Shown here: one piece after another, positions 19,613-29,038 of the stretch
How the letters are laid out: every line of letters starts with the position of its first letter
Numbering within the stretch: position 1 is the first letter of the stretch
Virus record (IMG/VR): IMGVR_UViG_3300025608_000013
Coordinates: 27,984 to 91,983 of that record
Length of the DNA stretch: 64,000 nt
DNA from: a virus
Lineage: Duplodnaviria; Caudoviricetes
Direction: 5' to 3' (one strand)
Notes under the pieces: generated by a model
What the model was told of the DNA's origin: nothing
Databases searched by the model: none
Seen by the model: the letters and a program-made list of their open reading frames with translations, nothing else
Program-made: the position numbers and the translations under genes

Positions 19613-22600
19613 TTAGTCTAGGATAACGTTCCAAAGGAAGTTTAATTCTTCAACATCAGCTTCTTCTAGAGATTCGACATTACCAATTGAGATTTGCCAC
19701 TGTGTTCCTGTATAAACTTCTAGATATTCTTGTTCAGTGTTGTAACGAATATGTCCACGTTCTGGACTTACAGGACGAGCTGCATCATTGCCGAACGGAG
19801 TAACAATACCACTTACGTTATCAATTTTAAGATAAGAAGTTCCAATAGTATCGGTTAGATTAAAACTAAATGTTGGTGCAGCGGTTGTATCACGCAATAC
19901 ACCGTTTTGGAATGTTAAATCTTCAATAATAGTTTTACCTGTGCCGTTAGAGCGCAAATAAACTCTTCCGTTTGTTTCTGCACTTGTAACTATATTACCG
20001 TCAATTTTAAATTTATTATCACTTGTAAATTGATCAGTAAATAATCCAAAATTATTTAAAACTGCACGGCTAGTATTGTCAGTTACAAAGCTATATTGAT
20101 TATTAGATAAGTCTAAGAATGTTCTGCGTGATGTTGAAAATATGCCTTCTAGCGATACACTACCGATTCCTACTACACCTTCAAAAACATCAAAGTCTGT
20201 GTTATATCTTAGACCACCTGTAACAGTTGGACGTTGGGCAGTGGTACCTTTGTTAACTAGCAAGTGACTAGTTGCGTCTATATCAAGATTATTAGTAGCT
20301 AATACAAGATTTCTAGTAGTTCCGCCGATATTGTTTGTAACAGCTTCCCAGTAGTCTAACACGGGTTCTGTTGTTGGAAAACTATAATTACCTGATTCTA
20401 TGATTCCGATTATAATTCCGTCTGCTAGTCTTAAATCGCTAGGAGATGCAGGCGTCCATAGGTCTTCTATGTCTGCATCCCTCCAAGTATTTGATCCTGC
20501 ATAAGTTGACAATGCAAGGTAAAAATACTCATAAACTAAATTTTCATAATTTAAACCTGTAGGGTCAGTATACCGTGCAAACGGTGGATAGTTATAACTT
20601 GGTAGTCCACCTGCTTGGAATCCTCCACGAGCATTATCCATAGCAACTGTTAACGCTGTAGGACGATTAAAGCCTAAATCGCTGTATGCAACTGTGTAAC
20701 CTTGTTTGATAAGGAAATATCTTAAAATTCTTTCTAATGTTTGATCTCTGTTCCCGCCAACACTATCACCTTGGAAATTGTTCATTTCATTTTCATAAAC
20801 ACTTGTTGTACGTGATTTCCAAGATCCTAATGCAGCATTTATTACTGTTTCGTCAGCACTATTTGCATAGACAACAATTCCTTTGTCGCCGTTGATAAAT
20901 TCTGCATACATAGTAGCATCGTCAACTACTCCGTCGTAGTCATTGTCTAAATATCCTGCTAATAAGTTAGCTGCATGAATCATTGCAGCACGAGATGCTA
21001 GTGCAGTACGCATTACTGGAATGCCGTATACTTCTACACTTTCTGGAAAATACTGTGTCAAACTTTCAAAACTATCAAAAATTTCTAGAGATGATTCGTC
21101 AGTCTCAAGTACCGTAAATTCGCCAGCTCTATCAAATTTACTTGCAATAGTATTATCACTTATTTCTACATTTTCAAAATATACTTTACCAGTATTGTTT
21201 GCACGTAGTTCTAAATCAGCGTTACTTAATGTTGTACTAATACTTGTAGGAGAAATTGTAATGTCATTAATCGATGCAAGATTAACGTATGTATTACGCC
21301 ACGTTTTACCAACATCACCAATTTTATGAGCTTCACTTCCGCCCGGTAATAGATCCTGTTCTAGTCTAACATTAAAGTCTACAGTATCAGTAGGTTCGTC
21401 ACCGATATTGATTACTGTACCACCAATAGTAATATCGCCTACAATATCTACATTTCCTGATACATTAGTGTTTGTAAGGAAGTTTAAATCTGTTGTAAAT
21501 GCTTTTAAGTTTAAATCGTTACTGGTTGTAAGTACTGTATTTCCAGTAACATAAATGTTGTCAAGGCGTAATTGAGTAGCATCAATGTATGCTTCTGAGT
21601 CGTCACCAATAATTTTAACAACGGAGTTAGTAGCAAAGATACTTTCAATATCAAAAGTAGTCCTACCGTTTACTTGATCTACTTGAAAAAAGTCGCCTAC
21701 ATTAAAATTGCCTTTTTCATCTTGACTTGTGTAGTAGACTTTTGCATCATTTGATGTTATAGTAATATTGTCTGCATTTGATAAACTTGCATCGTTTGAC
21801 GAATCTTTGCCTGCGCCAATGTAAGCAAAGTTATGATTGATTAAATAAAATATACAATCAGCGCCATCGGCCTCGGCACCTACGTTGCCGTATACGTTTG
21901 CACTGCCAATTGAACGCAATTCTACACCATACTGTCTTGTGCTGTCAGGTAATAAACGACCTTGCTCGCCTTGGCTTGCAACCATACCTTTGCTGGCAAA
22001 ATAAATGAAGCTGTTAAGCCATTCAACTCTTACACCATTACGCATTACAATACATTCTACACCTGGTGTAAAGAATGTTGCACTTTGGAACAACATAGTA
22101 GCATTTGTACTATTTTCGTTTACATTACGACCATCGATAAGGGCACCTCGTCCTGCATCACCCGAGTCATAACCTCGTGGATCGCTAGGTGAAGTTGTTG
22201 TGCCTTTCGTAAGTACAGTTACATTACGAATATAAGGACTACGTGCACCTGATACATAATCGTCTGCAAAACGGAAAGCATATCCTGTATCTGCTTCACT
22301 GTTATAGTAGTAGTCTTTAATAGTGACATTTTCTATGTTTGATCCGCCTTGAAAAACAAATGCATCATTTGATTGCGTTTCTGTAGTTGGATAAATTTCT
22401 ACGCCTCTTATACTGTCACCTTGTATAGTAACGTCACTAGGTACTACTAGAGGAAAATCTTCTTGATATTGTCCAGGATAGATGAAGATGTTATCACCTG
22501 GCTGTGCAATACTTAATGCTTTACCTAGTGTAGCAAAAGGACCTCCTGGGTGTGTACCACGGTTTAAATCAGATCCATTGTTTGTTGAGACAAAAATGTT

Positions 22601-23662
22601 TCCTGTGCTTTTAGTTAACTCGATACCTTGATAAACAATGTTATTAGCTCTTACATACGATGTATCTAAGGTTTCTACATATAAATCAAATCGTTTCCCT
22701 TCATCGGGGCCAGTACTATCGTCGTCTCTACCAATTGTATAATTAGCGTCTAGATCAGGAATAAGATCACTTGCAAAATCTGCTAAGAATCTTGCATTGT
22801 CGGTAGAATCGTCACCAACTGTTAAATCTGTTCCGCCGTATGTAATGTTACCAGTTGCATGAACATTACCATTAACATTTAATGTGCCGCCAGTTTGTAA
22901 TTGTAGATCTCTTGGAACACTTCTCGGATAATGTGTTTCTACGTATGTTTTAAATGCTTCAGTATCTGCATGGTCTGCTAGTGTACGTGTTGCTGGAAAA
23001 TATGCACCATTAATAAACTGACTGTTCATTTGCAGAATATCAAGTGCATCGTCTACTTGAACATCGCCGTCGCCGTCAAAATCAAATGCTGCTAGTTGTT
23101 CTGGTGTAGGGTTTCCTACTTGTGCAATTGCAAGTGCTTCTTGATATAATCTGTCGCCGTCGTTTTCTGGAGCATCTGCACTATTTTTTGGACCTGGATA
23201 CCAATAGTCACCGTAGTTTTGATCATAGTTCCATGCTTCGGTCATGCCTGCAAGATATGTTGATCTAATGCCTACATTTGCATTAGTAACAATCGACTCA
23301 ATTGCACCGTTGTCTTTTACAGCAAAGTTAAAACTACCTAAACCTCCAGTAACAATATAACCTGCTGGATCTGTACTTAAAATATTAATATTGCCAGTAG
23401 GCGCACTAGCGCCTTCAGTACTAATAGTTAAGTCGCCGATTGTTAGACTATTATTAAAAATAATATCTGGGTCGCTAGTACCACTAGCTACTTTTAGTGT
23501 ACCGTTTACTGTTAAATCGCGGGGAGTAGTTGTAGTGTTTACGCCAAGTGTACCGTTGCGTTTTACTACAAGTAAATTAGTATCAAATGCTAGATCGGCT
23601 AGTTCTCTTTCGAGATTTGCAAATAATAGCTGACCGCCAATTCGTTGTACTTGTTGTGCCAT
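19613..23662 (-). CDS. Tail fibre/structural protein, paralog of 15751-19473
   Basis: Shared N-terminus (RIGGQLL..NLER...DLAFDT.LL) and beta-helix; carries dockerin/EF-hand-like and alpha-helical inserts. Confidence 0.7.
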   Translation of the reverse strand: MAQQVQRIGGQLLFANLERELADLAFDTNLLVVKRNGTLGVNTTTTPRDLTVNGTLKVASGTSDPDIIFNNSLTIGDLTISTEGASAPTGNINILSTDPAGYIVTGGLGSFNFAVKDNGAIESIVTNANVGIRSTYLAGMTEAWNYDQNYGDYWYPGPKNSADAPENDGDRLYQEALAIAQVGNPTPEQLAAFDFDGDGDVQVDDALDILQMNSQFINGAYFPATRTLADHADTEAFKTYVETHYPRSVPRDLQLQTGGTLNVNGNVHATGNITYGGTDLTVGDDSTDNARFLADFASDLIPDLDANYTIGRDDDSTGPDEGKRFDLYVETLDTSYVRANNIVYQGIELTKSTGNIFVSTNNGSDLNRGTHPGGPFATLGKALSIAQPGDNIFIYPGQYQEDFPLVVPSDVTIQGDSIRGVEIYPTTETQSNDAFVFQGGSNIENVTIKDYYYNSEADTGYAFRFADDYVSGARSPYIRNVTVLTKGTTTSPSDPRGYDSGDAGRGALIDGRNVNENSTNATMLFQSATFFTPGVECIVMRNGVRVEWLNSFIYFASKGMVASQGEQGRLLPDSTRQYGVELRSIGSANVYGNVGAEADGADCIFYLINHNFAYIGAGKDSSNDASLSNADNITITSNDAKVYYTSQDEKGNFNVGDFFQVDQVNGRTTFDIESIFATNSVVKIIGDDSEAYIDATQLRLDNIYVTGNTVLTTSNDLNLKAFTTDLNFLTNTNVSGNVDIVGDITIGGTVINIGDEPTDTVDFNVRLEQDLLPGGSEAHKIGDVGKTWRNTYVNLASINDITISPTSISTTLSNADLELRANNTGKVYFENVEISDNTIASKFDRAGEFTVLETDESSLEIFDSFESLTQYFPESVEVYGIPVMRTALASRAAMIHAANLLAGYLDNDYDGVVDDATMYAEFINGDKGIVVYANSADETVINAALGSWKSRTTSVYENEMNNFQGDSVGGNRDQTLERILRYFLIKQGYTVAYSDLGFNRPTALTVAMDNARGGFQAGGLPSYNYPPFARYTDPTGLNYENLVYEYFYLALSTYAGSNTWRDADIEDLWTPASPSDLRLADGIIIGIIESGNYSFPTTEPVLDYWEAVTNNIGGTTRNLVLATNNLDIDATSHLLVNKGTTAQRPTVTGGLRYNTDFDVFEGVVGIGSVSLEGIFSTSRRTFLDLSNNQYSFVTDNTSRAVLNNFGLFTDQFTSDNKFKIDGNIVTSAETNGRVYLRSNGTGKTIIEDLTFQNGVLRDTTAAPTFSFNLTDTIGTSYLKIDNVSGIVTPFGNDAARPVSPERGHIRYNTEQEYLEVYTGTQWQISIGNVESLEEADVEELNFLWNVILD

Positions 23663-23693
23663 AGTAGCTCCCTCTTAATAGTATTTAGCGGGA

Positions 23694-24218
23694 TTACTTG
23701 TCAAAGTTATGCAGTACGTTTACAGGTTTTCCTGCCGGGACGGCACTACCAAATACTAAGTAATATCCTGGTGCATACGGTGCGCCCGGTCCACTAGACG
23801 GATTTTGTACAAGTGTGTAGTTTGATACAGGTAACTGAAAAACGTTTTCAACAAACACAAGAACGTTTGTTTCTGCAATAGGTACAGGATAAAATGGGTC
23901 TCCGCTGTCCAACGGACCAAAAGTAGTTTCTACGCCATCGCCGTTACCTAGATTTTGATTAGTAACTGTAATCGGTTCTCTAAATCGTATCGGCTTCCAT
24001 TGAGATCCTTGATAAACTTCAAAGTTTCCTTCGTCGGTATTATAACGTATTAGGCCTTCTTCAGCAAAAAACGGACGACTTGCCTGTGGTCCTTTTGGAA
24101 CAACTATACTGTTCTCTGAATTAAATCTAAACTGACCATTTGTGTCATAGTTTAATCCTGGAGATCCATCTCCTACATGTCTTGTTTCTGCTAATTTATG
24201 GCTTTTTAAAAATCTCAT
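23694..24218 (-). CDS. Virion structural protein (fibre/baseplate-associated)
   Basis: VPKG...RP...GLIRYNT...FEVY.G..W plus GNGDGVETTF...VFVENVFQ.P..Y...F..A.P domain. Confidence 0.6.
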   Translation of the reverse strand: MRFLKSHKLAETRHVGDGSPGLNYDTNGQFRFNSENSIVVPKGPQASRPFFAEEGLIRYNTDEGNFEVYQGSQWKPIRFREPITVTNQNLGNGDGVETTFGPLDSGDPFYPVPIAETNVLVFVENVFQLPVSNYTLVQNPSSGPGAPYAPGYYLVFGSAVPAGKPVNVLHNFDK

Positions 24219-24550
24219 TATACTTCCAAATAACTCAATGTAGCTGTTAGTCTATTAGCAATCTGTGCTGCAAGTACTACTGTGTCGTTTTCATCAATAA
24301 TAATTTTTTCTGTATCAAATGTAAACGTATCTGCACCTGCAACATTAAGACTATTAACGACAATATTAGCAGGACCAATTGACTGACCATCTGGTATAAT
24401 ATGCAAGTCAAATGTACAATCATTTGCTCCACCGCTGTCATAGTTTGCAACATTACAAATCATTAGTGTTGTAATAGCATATTGTTTTCCAGTAGGAACA
24501 GTGAGTAAAGTTGTATTTGTTGTTCCGATTCTTGCGTTTGCTATAGCCAT
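24218..24550 (-). CDS. Small virion protein (fibre-adaptor-like paralog family)
   Basis: LLTVPTGKQYAITTLMICN...EKIIIDEND. Confidence 0.55.
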   Translation of the reverse strand: MAIANARIGTTNTTLLTVPTGKQYAITTLMICNVANYDSGGANDCTFDLHIIPDGQSIGPANIVVNSLNVAGADTFTFDTEKIIIDENDTVVLAAQIANRLTATLSYLEV

Positions 24551-24560
24551 TTATAAATCC

Positions 24561-25529
24561 TTAAAATATCATACTATAAAGTAATGATCTATTTCTTCCA
24601 ATTACTTCGTCTGAGTTGTTATTACTATTTACATAATACAAACCTGTTGTACCTAAACCCGGTTCTTTACCGTAAATAATAATACCGGTTGATGAACTAG
24701 GATCACTTATTTGATTTGGTAGTTTTAATACACCGTCTACAGTAACACTACCGCTACCAAAACTAGCAAGAGTTAAATCGTCACCTGTTGTTGCTGTTGT
24801 AATAGTATTACCTGACAAGGTAATGTCTGCGATAAATGCTGTTGTTTCTTCAAATCTTGCAATTTCATTTCCATTGATTTCTACGTTAAAGTTTGAAATT
24901 ACTGGTTCGATACTATCATCAAACAGTTCAACTTTAGAATCACCTTGCTGAATACGTTTAATTGTAATAGCTTGAATACCGGCAACAATTGCATCGTCTA
25001 CATATTTTTTGTTAGTTAAAATATCATCTTCTGTAACTTTGGCAGTATAATCGTCGTCTGACGAATTTACAATTCTTGCAACACCAGCACCGCCGTTAAA
25101 GTCTAAAAATAAATCAGAACCACCACTAGTAATACTATTTGTTCTAATACCGACTAGTGTACCGTTTTCTTGTCTAAAAATAAATCCGCCAGTTTTGTTT
25201 GTTTGTGTAGCAGGATCATTCCATGTTACATTTTCATCAAAAACAAACTCTACAATCGGATACTGTGCAGAATTAATTCCGCGATCAATTTTTAATCCAC
25301 TTTTATCTAAAGTAATACCATTAGAACCTTGATCGCCGTTGTTTAACTCGATCATGTTGTCTTTAATAAGCATTTCTTCTGACTCAACTGTAACAGTATT
25401 ACCTTCTACAATTAAATCACCCGAAACACGAACTTCACCAGTTTCAACTCCAGTATCAAGACGAATTGTGCCGCCTGACTGGACCTCAACTGTATAATCT
25501 CCATTTGGTATTTTTAAATACTTTGACAT
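24561..25529 (-). CDS. Fibre-like virion structural protein
   Basis: V.GDLIVEG..VTVES....KDN.IELN and NKKYVDD fibre motifs. Confidence 0.6.
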   Translation of the reverse strand: MSKYLKIPNGDYTVEVQSGGTIRLDTGVETGEVRVSGDLIVEGNTVTVESEEMLIKDNMIELNNGDQGSNGITLDKSGLKIDRGINSAQYPIVEFVFDENVTWNDPATQTNKTGGFIFRQENGTLVGIRTNSITSGGSDLFLDFNGGAGVARIVNSSDDDYTAKVTEDDILTNKKYVDDAIVAGIQAITIKRIQQGDSKVELFDDSIEPVISNFNVEINGNEIARFEETTAFIADITLSGNTITTATTGDDLTLASFGSGSVTVDGVLKLPNQISDPSSSTGIIIYGKEPGLGTTGLYYVNSNNNSDEVIGRNRSLLYSMIF

Positions 25530-25540
25530 ATTGTTTCCTA

Positions 25541-25563
25541 AAAGTAGGGGGACTATGCCCCCT
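25541..25563 (-). terminator. Intrinsic terminator
   Basis: AGGGGG-catagt-CCCCCT followed by ACTTTT just after the stop at 25568. Confidence 0.65.
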
Positions 25564-25567
25564 TAAA

Positions 25568-25945
25568 TTAGATTGCAGTTAAAATGATAACTGATGATGT
25601 TGAGTCATCATCAAGTTCCCAAGTATAACGATTGCTATTAGCATCTACCGCTGTTCTATTAAATAACTTAACAAGCCTAATTGCAGCAGTATCTCTATTG
25701 CCTACATATCCTTCGATCATTGCTTCGCCTTCTGCATTCGGAGTACTTCCGTCAGCTGTTAATCTTACAACTACATCAGTCGGTGGTGAAGTATCAGGAT
25801 TTCTAACTGTAAACTTATTAGTACCTTTTTGATTTAAAATAAAACCTTCTACAACAGTTTGGCCGTTGTGGAAAGAAATTGGAATATTTGGATCTGCATC
25901 TGTACCTAATGCACCAAAGAATCTATCGTTAAGTGGACGTCCCAT
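25568..25945 (-). CDS. Hypothetical late protein (possible head decoration protein)
   Basis: 125 aa with its own late promoter, strong AAGGAG SD and terminator, near the capsid gene. Function is inferred from context only. Confidence 0.55.
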   Translation of the reverse strand: MGRPLNDRFFGALGTDADPNIPISFHNGQTVVEGFILNQKGTNKFTVRNPDTSPPTDVVVRLTADGSTPNAEGEAMIEGYVGNRDTAAIRLVKLFNRTAVDANSNRYTWELDDDSTSSVIILTAI

Positions 25946-26029
25946 TGTTTTCTCCTTATGTTGACGTTCTAGGTCTACGCGGCGGGTACCGCATAAGTCC
26001 TCATCAGAGAGGCACGCTCTTTGACATTG
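25946..26029 (-). promoter_or_regulatory. Structured 5' leader (candidate cis-regulatory RNA)
   Basis: Stems CCUC/GAGG and UUAUGCGG/CCGCGUAG; alternative CUUAUG/CAUAAG pairing overlaps the SD. Confidence 0.5.
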
Positions 26030-26035
26030 TATTTA

Positions 26036-26674
26036 TCACTTTGCTGTAGTACTTAAATCTTTAACACGCCCTATATATGTTTCATCAAGTCTTACTACAC
26101 TAGCAGTCACACTTTTAATATCAATAAAAGTATTTTCTATAAATCTGTCTACGCTTTTTATTCCTTTACGTTGAGCACGTTTTATTAACTTTTTTGCTCC
26201 TTGAGGACTAACTACGTAACCATAGTATCCTACGTAATGCGTATTAAATTCAGTCGGTAGTTTTAATATTTGTATTTCTTTAGTTAAACTATTTTTAATT
26301 TGGAGTTCGTAATCGTTCTTCCAGTGCATGAATGGCTCTAATCTTAAGACATCTATAAAATCTAAGTTACTAGGTAATGGTCTTAGAAAAACTCCGTCAT
26401 GTTCACATATAACAATAGGTTCTTGTAAAGCAATACACTTTTGCCAAAGTTGAAAGTGTGCAAGAAAACACCCTTGCTGACCTTTAAGTTTAGATTCAAG
26501 GCTTGCTATTTTAGTAATACCGTAAGGCGCAAATTCTTCTTTAAATGTTTTTGTAATTTTTACACCAGGGTGCATGTGTGCGTCTAGTCCAAAACTCTTA
26601 GCTATTTCTATATTTTTATAGCCAAGTTTCTCGCCTAAATCGTGTCTAGGTAATATAATGTGGAATGACTTCAT
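26036..26674 (-). CDS. Glycosyltransferase family 25-like
   Basis: GQQGCFLAHFQLWQKC...PIVICEHD and GYVVSPQGAKKLI...VD motifs. Confidence 0.8.
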   Translation of the reverse strand: MKSFHIILPRHDLGEKLGYKNIEIAKSFGLDAHMHPGVKITKTFKEEFAPYGITKIASLESKLKGQQGCFLAHFQLWQKCIALQEPIVICEHDGVFLRPLPSNLDFIDVLRLEPFMHWKNDYELQIKNSLTKEIQILKLPTEFNTHYVGYYGYVVSPQGAKKLIKRAQRKGIKSVDRFIENTFIDIKSVTASVVRLDETYIGRVKDLSTTAK

Positions 26675-26690
26675 AACGTATTTAAGTCAT

Positions 26691-26717
26691 AAAAAAAGGC
26701 CCCGAAGGGCCTTTTTT
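26691..26717 (-). terminator. Intrinsic (potentially bidirectional) terminator after the major capsid gene
   Basis: AGGCCC-TTCG-GGGCCT followed by a T-run on the minus strand, with an A/T run on both sides. Confidence 0.9.
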
Positions 26718-26739
26718 CTTATTGCTGTCTAAGTAAAAC

Positions 26740-27915
26740 TTAGCTGAAGCTTACGTTTGCAATTGAAACGTTAGCTAGGTAATCAGCTGCGTTACCTAGT
26801 GACGAAGCTGTGTTGTTTAGCTCAACATAACCGTAGCGTGTCATAAAGCTTACGACTGGCTCGAATGATGTTGGGTCTAGTACCACACCGCTTGACATTA
26901 GTGGGATATAAGGAGCATAGAACGCTGCTGCGTCTGACTCGCTTGTACCTTTGTAACCAACTAGTACGTCTTTTGTATCAGCTGCATATGTATCAACATA
27001 TACTTTCATTGCGTTGTTCAAAGTACCTACGAACTTAGTGTTTGTTGGTGCTTCAAATGTACCTTCTGTAGTACGTGCAAATGCTGATGTAGTTGCTGAC
27101 TGTAGGATAGTTAGTGCATATGGGCTAACAACTGCAAAGTTACCGGCGCCACGACGTGTACGCTGTGCAATTTTGTTAGATGCACGGTTGATCATAACTG
27201 CTAGTGCAGCATGCTCATCACCTACGAATGTAGCTGTACCTGATACTGCTGCCTGATCGTATTGTACGTCAGATTCAGCAGCACCTGCTAGTGAACGTAG
27301 AGATGCTAGGATCTCTTGGTCAATTTCAGCAGTAATTTCTTGTGCTAGTGCAGCCATGATCTCTGCTTCAATGTCGATGCCTTGCTGTGCTTGTGCGTCT
27401 TGCGCAGCTTCGAAAGTCCAGCGAGCTGATAGCTTACGAGTTTTAGCTTCGACAGTTTGCTTCAAGATCTGAATTGACATACGGTTACCAGCTGCACCTT
27501 CAAGTGTTGATGTGCTTGCTGCTTTACCTGCGTCTGATCCAGCTTCGTCACCTGAATAACCAAGTGCAATCTTGAATGGGCTCAGTGCTTCTTCACCTGC
27601 TGTAGCGTCATCAGCTGTGTCGCTGTAACGTACACGTAGTGTGTGAATTTGACCAACTGGGCCTGTCATTGGCTGTACGCCAACTAGTTCGTTTGCGATG
27701 ACTGTTGGCATCACACGTCTAATTACTGGTAGGATAACACGGTTTAGTGTAGCAACGTTACCTGCAGAAGTAGCACCCGCTGTAGCACTTTCTGACAAGT
27801 ACTTACGAGTGTTTTCTAGTGTAACATCCATTACTGATTTCTTGTTGCCTTGTAGGCCTTCAAGAAGTGCTGATTTCGTATCCTGCCAGCGTCCTTCTAA
27901 TAGTTCTGACATCAT
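26740..27915 (-). CDS. gp23: Major capsid protein, T4 gp23-like
   Basis: RRVMPTVIANELVGVQPMTGPVGQIHTLR, VEAKTRKLSARWT.EAAQD, FYAPYIPL, FMTRYG. Confidence 0.97.
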   Translation of the reverse strand: MMSELLEGRWQDTKSALLEGLQGNKKSVMDVTLENTRKYLSESATAGATSAGNVATLNRVILPVIRRVMPTVIANELVGVQPMTGPVGQIHTLRVRYSDTADDATAGEEALSPFKIALGYSGDEAGSDAGKAASTSTLEGAAGNRMSIQILKQTVEAKTRKLSARWTFEAAQDAQAQQGIDIEAEIMAALAQEITAEIDQEILASLRSLAGAAESDVQYDQAAVSGTATFVGDEHAALAVMINRASNKIAQRTRRGAGNFAVVSPYALTILQSATTSAFARTTEGTFEAPTNTKFVGTLNNAMKVYVDTYAADTKDVLVGYKGTSESDAAAFYAPYIPLMSSGVVLDPTSFEPVVSFMTRYGYVELNNTASSLGNAADYLANVSIANVSFS

Positions 27916-27922
27916 TTTCTCC

Positions 27923-29023
27923 TTAATTTAATCCTGCAAGACGTCTTAGTTCAATAACGTTTGCGTTCTTGCTTGAGTCACTATCGATAGTTTGATTAAC
28001 TTTCTTATTGCCTGTCACTTCCGTGCCTTCTGATAATACTGCCTTCTTCTTTGCTGGAGTGTTACCCTGCATTACTGCTGGTAGGTATTTGTCAAACGCC
28101 GAACTTAGTTTGGCTGTTTGTACTGATTCCAGTAAGTCTGTCATGATCGCACTTTGTTCCTTGCTTAAAGGTCCAGTAAGTTCGCTCATAATTTCTTTGC
28201 GTTCAGCTAGATCTTTTGCACGACGAAGTTCAGCATCTCTGCTTTCTACTAGTTGTGCTTTTTCATCTGCTGCCGCTTTTGCTTCTGCAAGTTGCTTGTC
28301 TTTTAACTCTACAACTTTTAGTAGCTTTGCAGTTTCTGACTTTTCGTTTAGTAAGCTGTTTGTGTACTCGTTACTAAATGCTTCGAAGATCTTACGACCA
28401 AAGTCATTACGTCTTGCAGCTTCGATATCTTCTTTAAGAGTTGAAATTTCACTCTTAAGTCCTTTATCAACTGCTTCTGCAACTGCTTTTGCACTTGACT
28501 TGATAAAGTTGTCTTTAACTTTAGCAAGATGTGCTTTTCCTTCACGGATTAGTCGAACTTTTGTTTCGGCTAAATCCTGTTTGTCTTCATAAAACTCTGC
28601 AATTTCTTTTGAAAGTGCTTCTACAACAAATTCTTCAAGCTTGCTGAAATTTTCAGCCATTAGCTTTTGATCTTCGTGAAGTTCTGTAACTTCTTTGCTA
28701 AGTTGCTCCATTACAAAGCCTTTTAGCGTTTCTGCGTTTTCACGCATAGCTACAACATATTTTGCTCTTGCTTCTGCTAGTTGATTGCGATCTTCTGCAA
28801 GTTCTGATAATTCTTCAGCTAGCTTATCTTCTAGCATGGCATTGACAGCTTCGACCATAGTCTGCTTGTCATGCTCATACTTTTGAGCAAATTCTTCACG
28901 TAGTTCAGCAGTAGCAGACAGACGATTTTCTTCAACCTTCTGCTCCCATGCTTCTTGAATTTCTGTACGCACTTCTTCAGAAAGACCAGCGCCTTCAAAG
29001 AGTGATTTCAGTGCATCCAACAT
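27923..29023 (-). CDS. gp22: Prohead core scaffold protein, gp22-like
   Basis: Glu/Lys-rich coiled coil between the protease and capsid genes. Confidence 0.85.
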   Translation of the reverse strand: MLDALKSLFEGAGLSEEVRTEIQEAWEQKVEENRLSATAELREEFAQKYEHDKQTMVEAVNAMLEDKLAEELSELAEDRNQLAEARAKYVVAMRENAETLKGFVMEQLSKEVTELHEDQKLMAENFSKLEEFVVEALSKEIAEFYEDKQDLAETKVRLIREGKAHLAKVKDNFIKSSAKAVAEAVDKGLKSEISTLKEDIEAARRNDFGRKIFEAFSNEYTNSLLNEKSETAKLLKVVELKDKQLAEAKAAADEKAQLVESRDAELRRAKDLAERKEIMSELTGPLSKEQSAIMTDLLESVQTAKLSSAFDKYLPAVMQGNTPAKKKAVLSEGTEVTGNKKVNQTIDSDSSKNANVIELRRLAGLN

Positions 29024-29038
29024 TACGTTTCTCCTAGT

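Noticed and set aside
25995-26012. CTGATGAG on the minus strand resembling a hammerhead ribozyme core
   Set aside because: No stem II closing followed by GAAA and no stem I/III around a cleavage triplet; the motif sits in a simple CCUC/GAGG hairpin.
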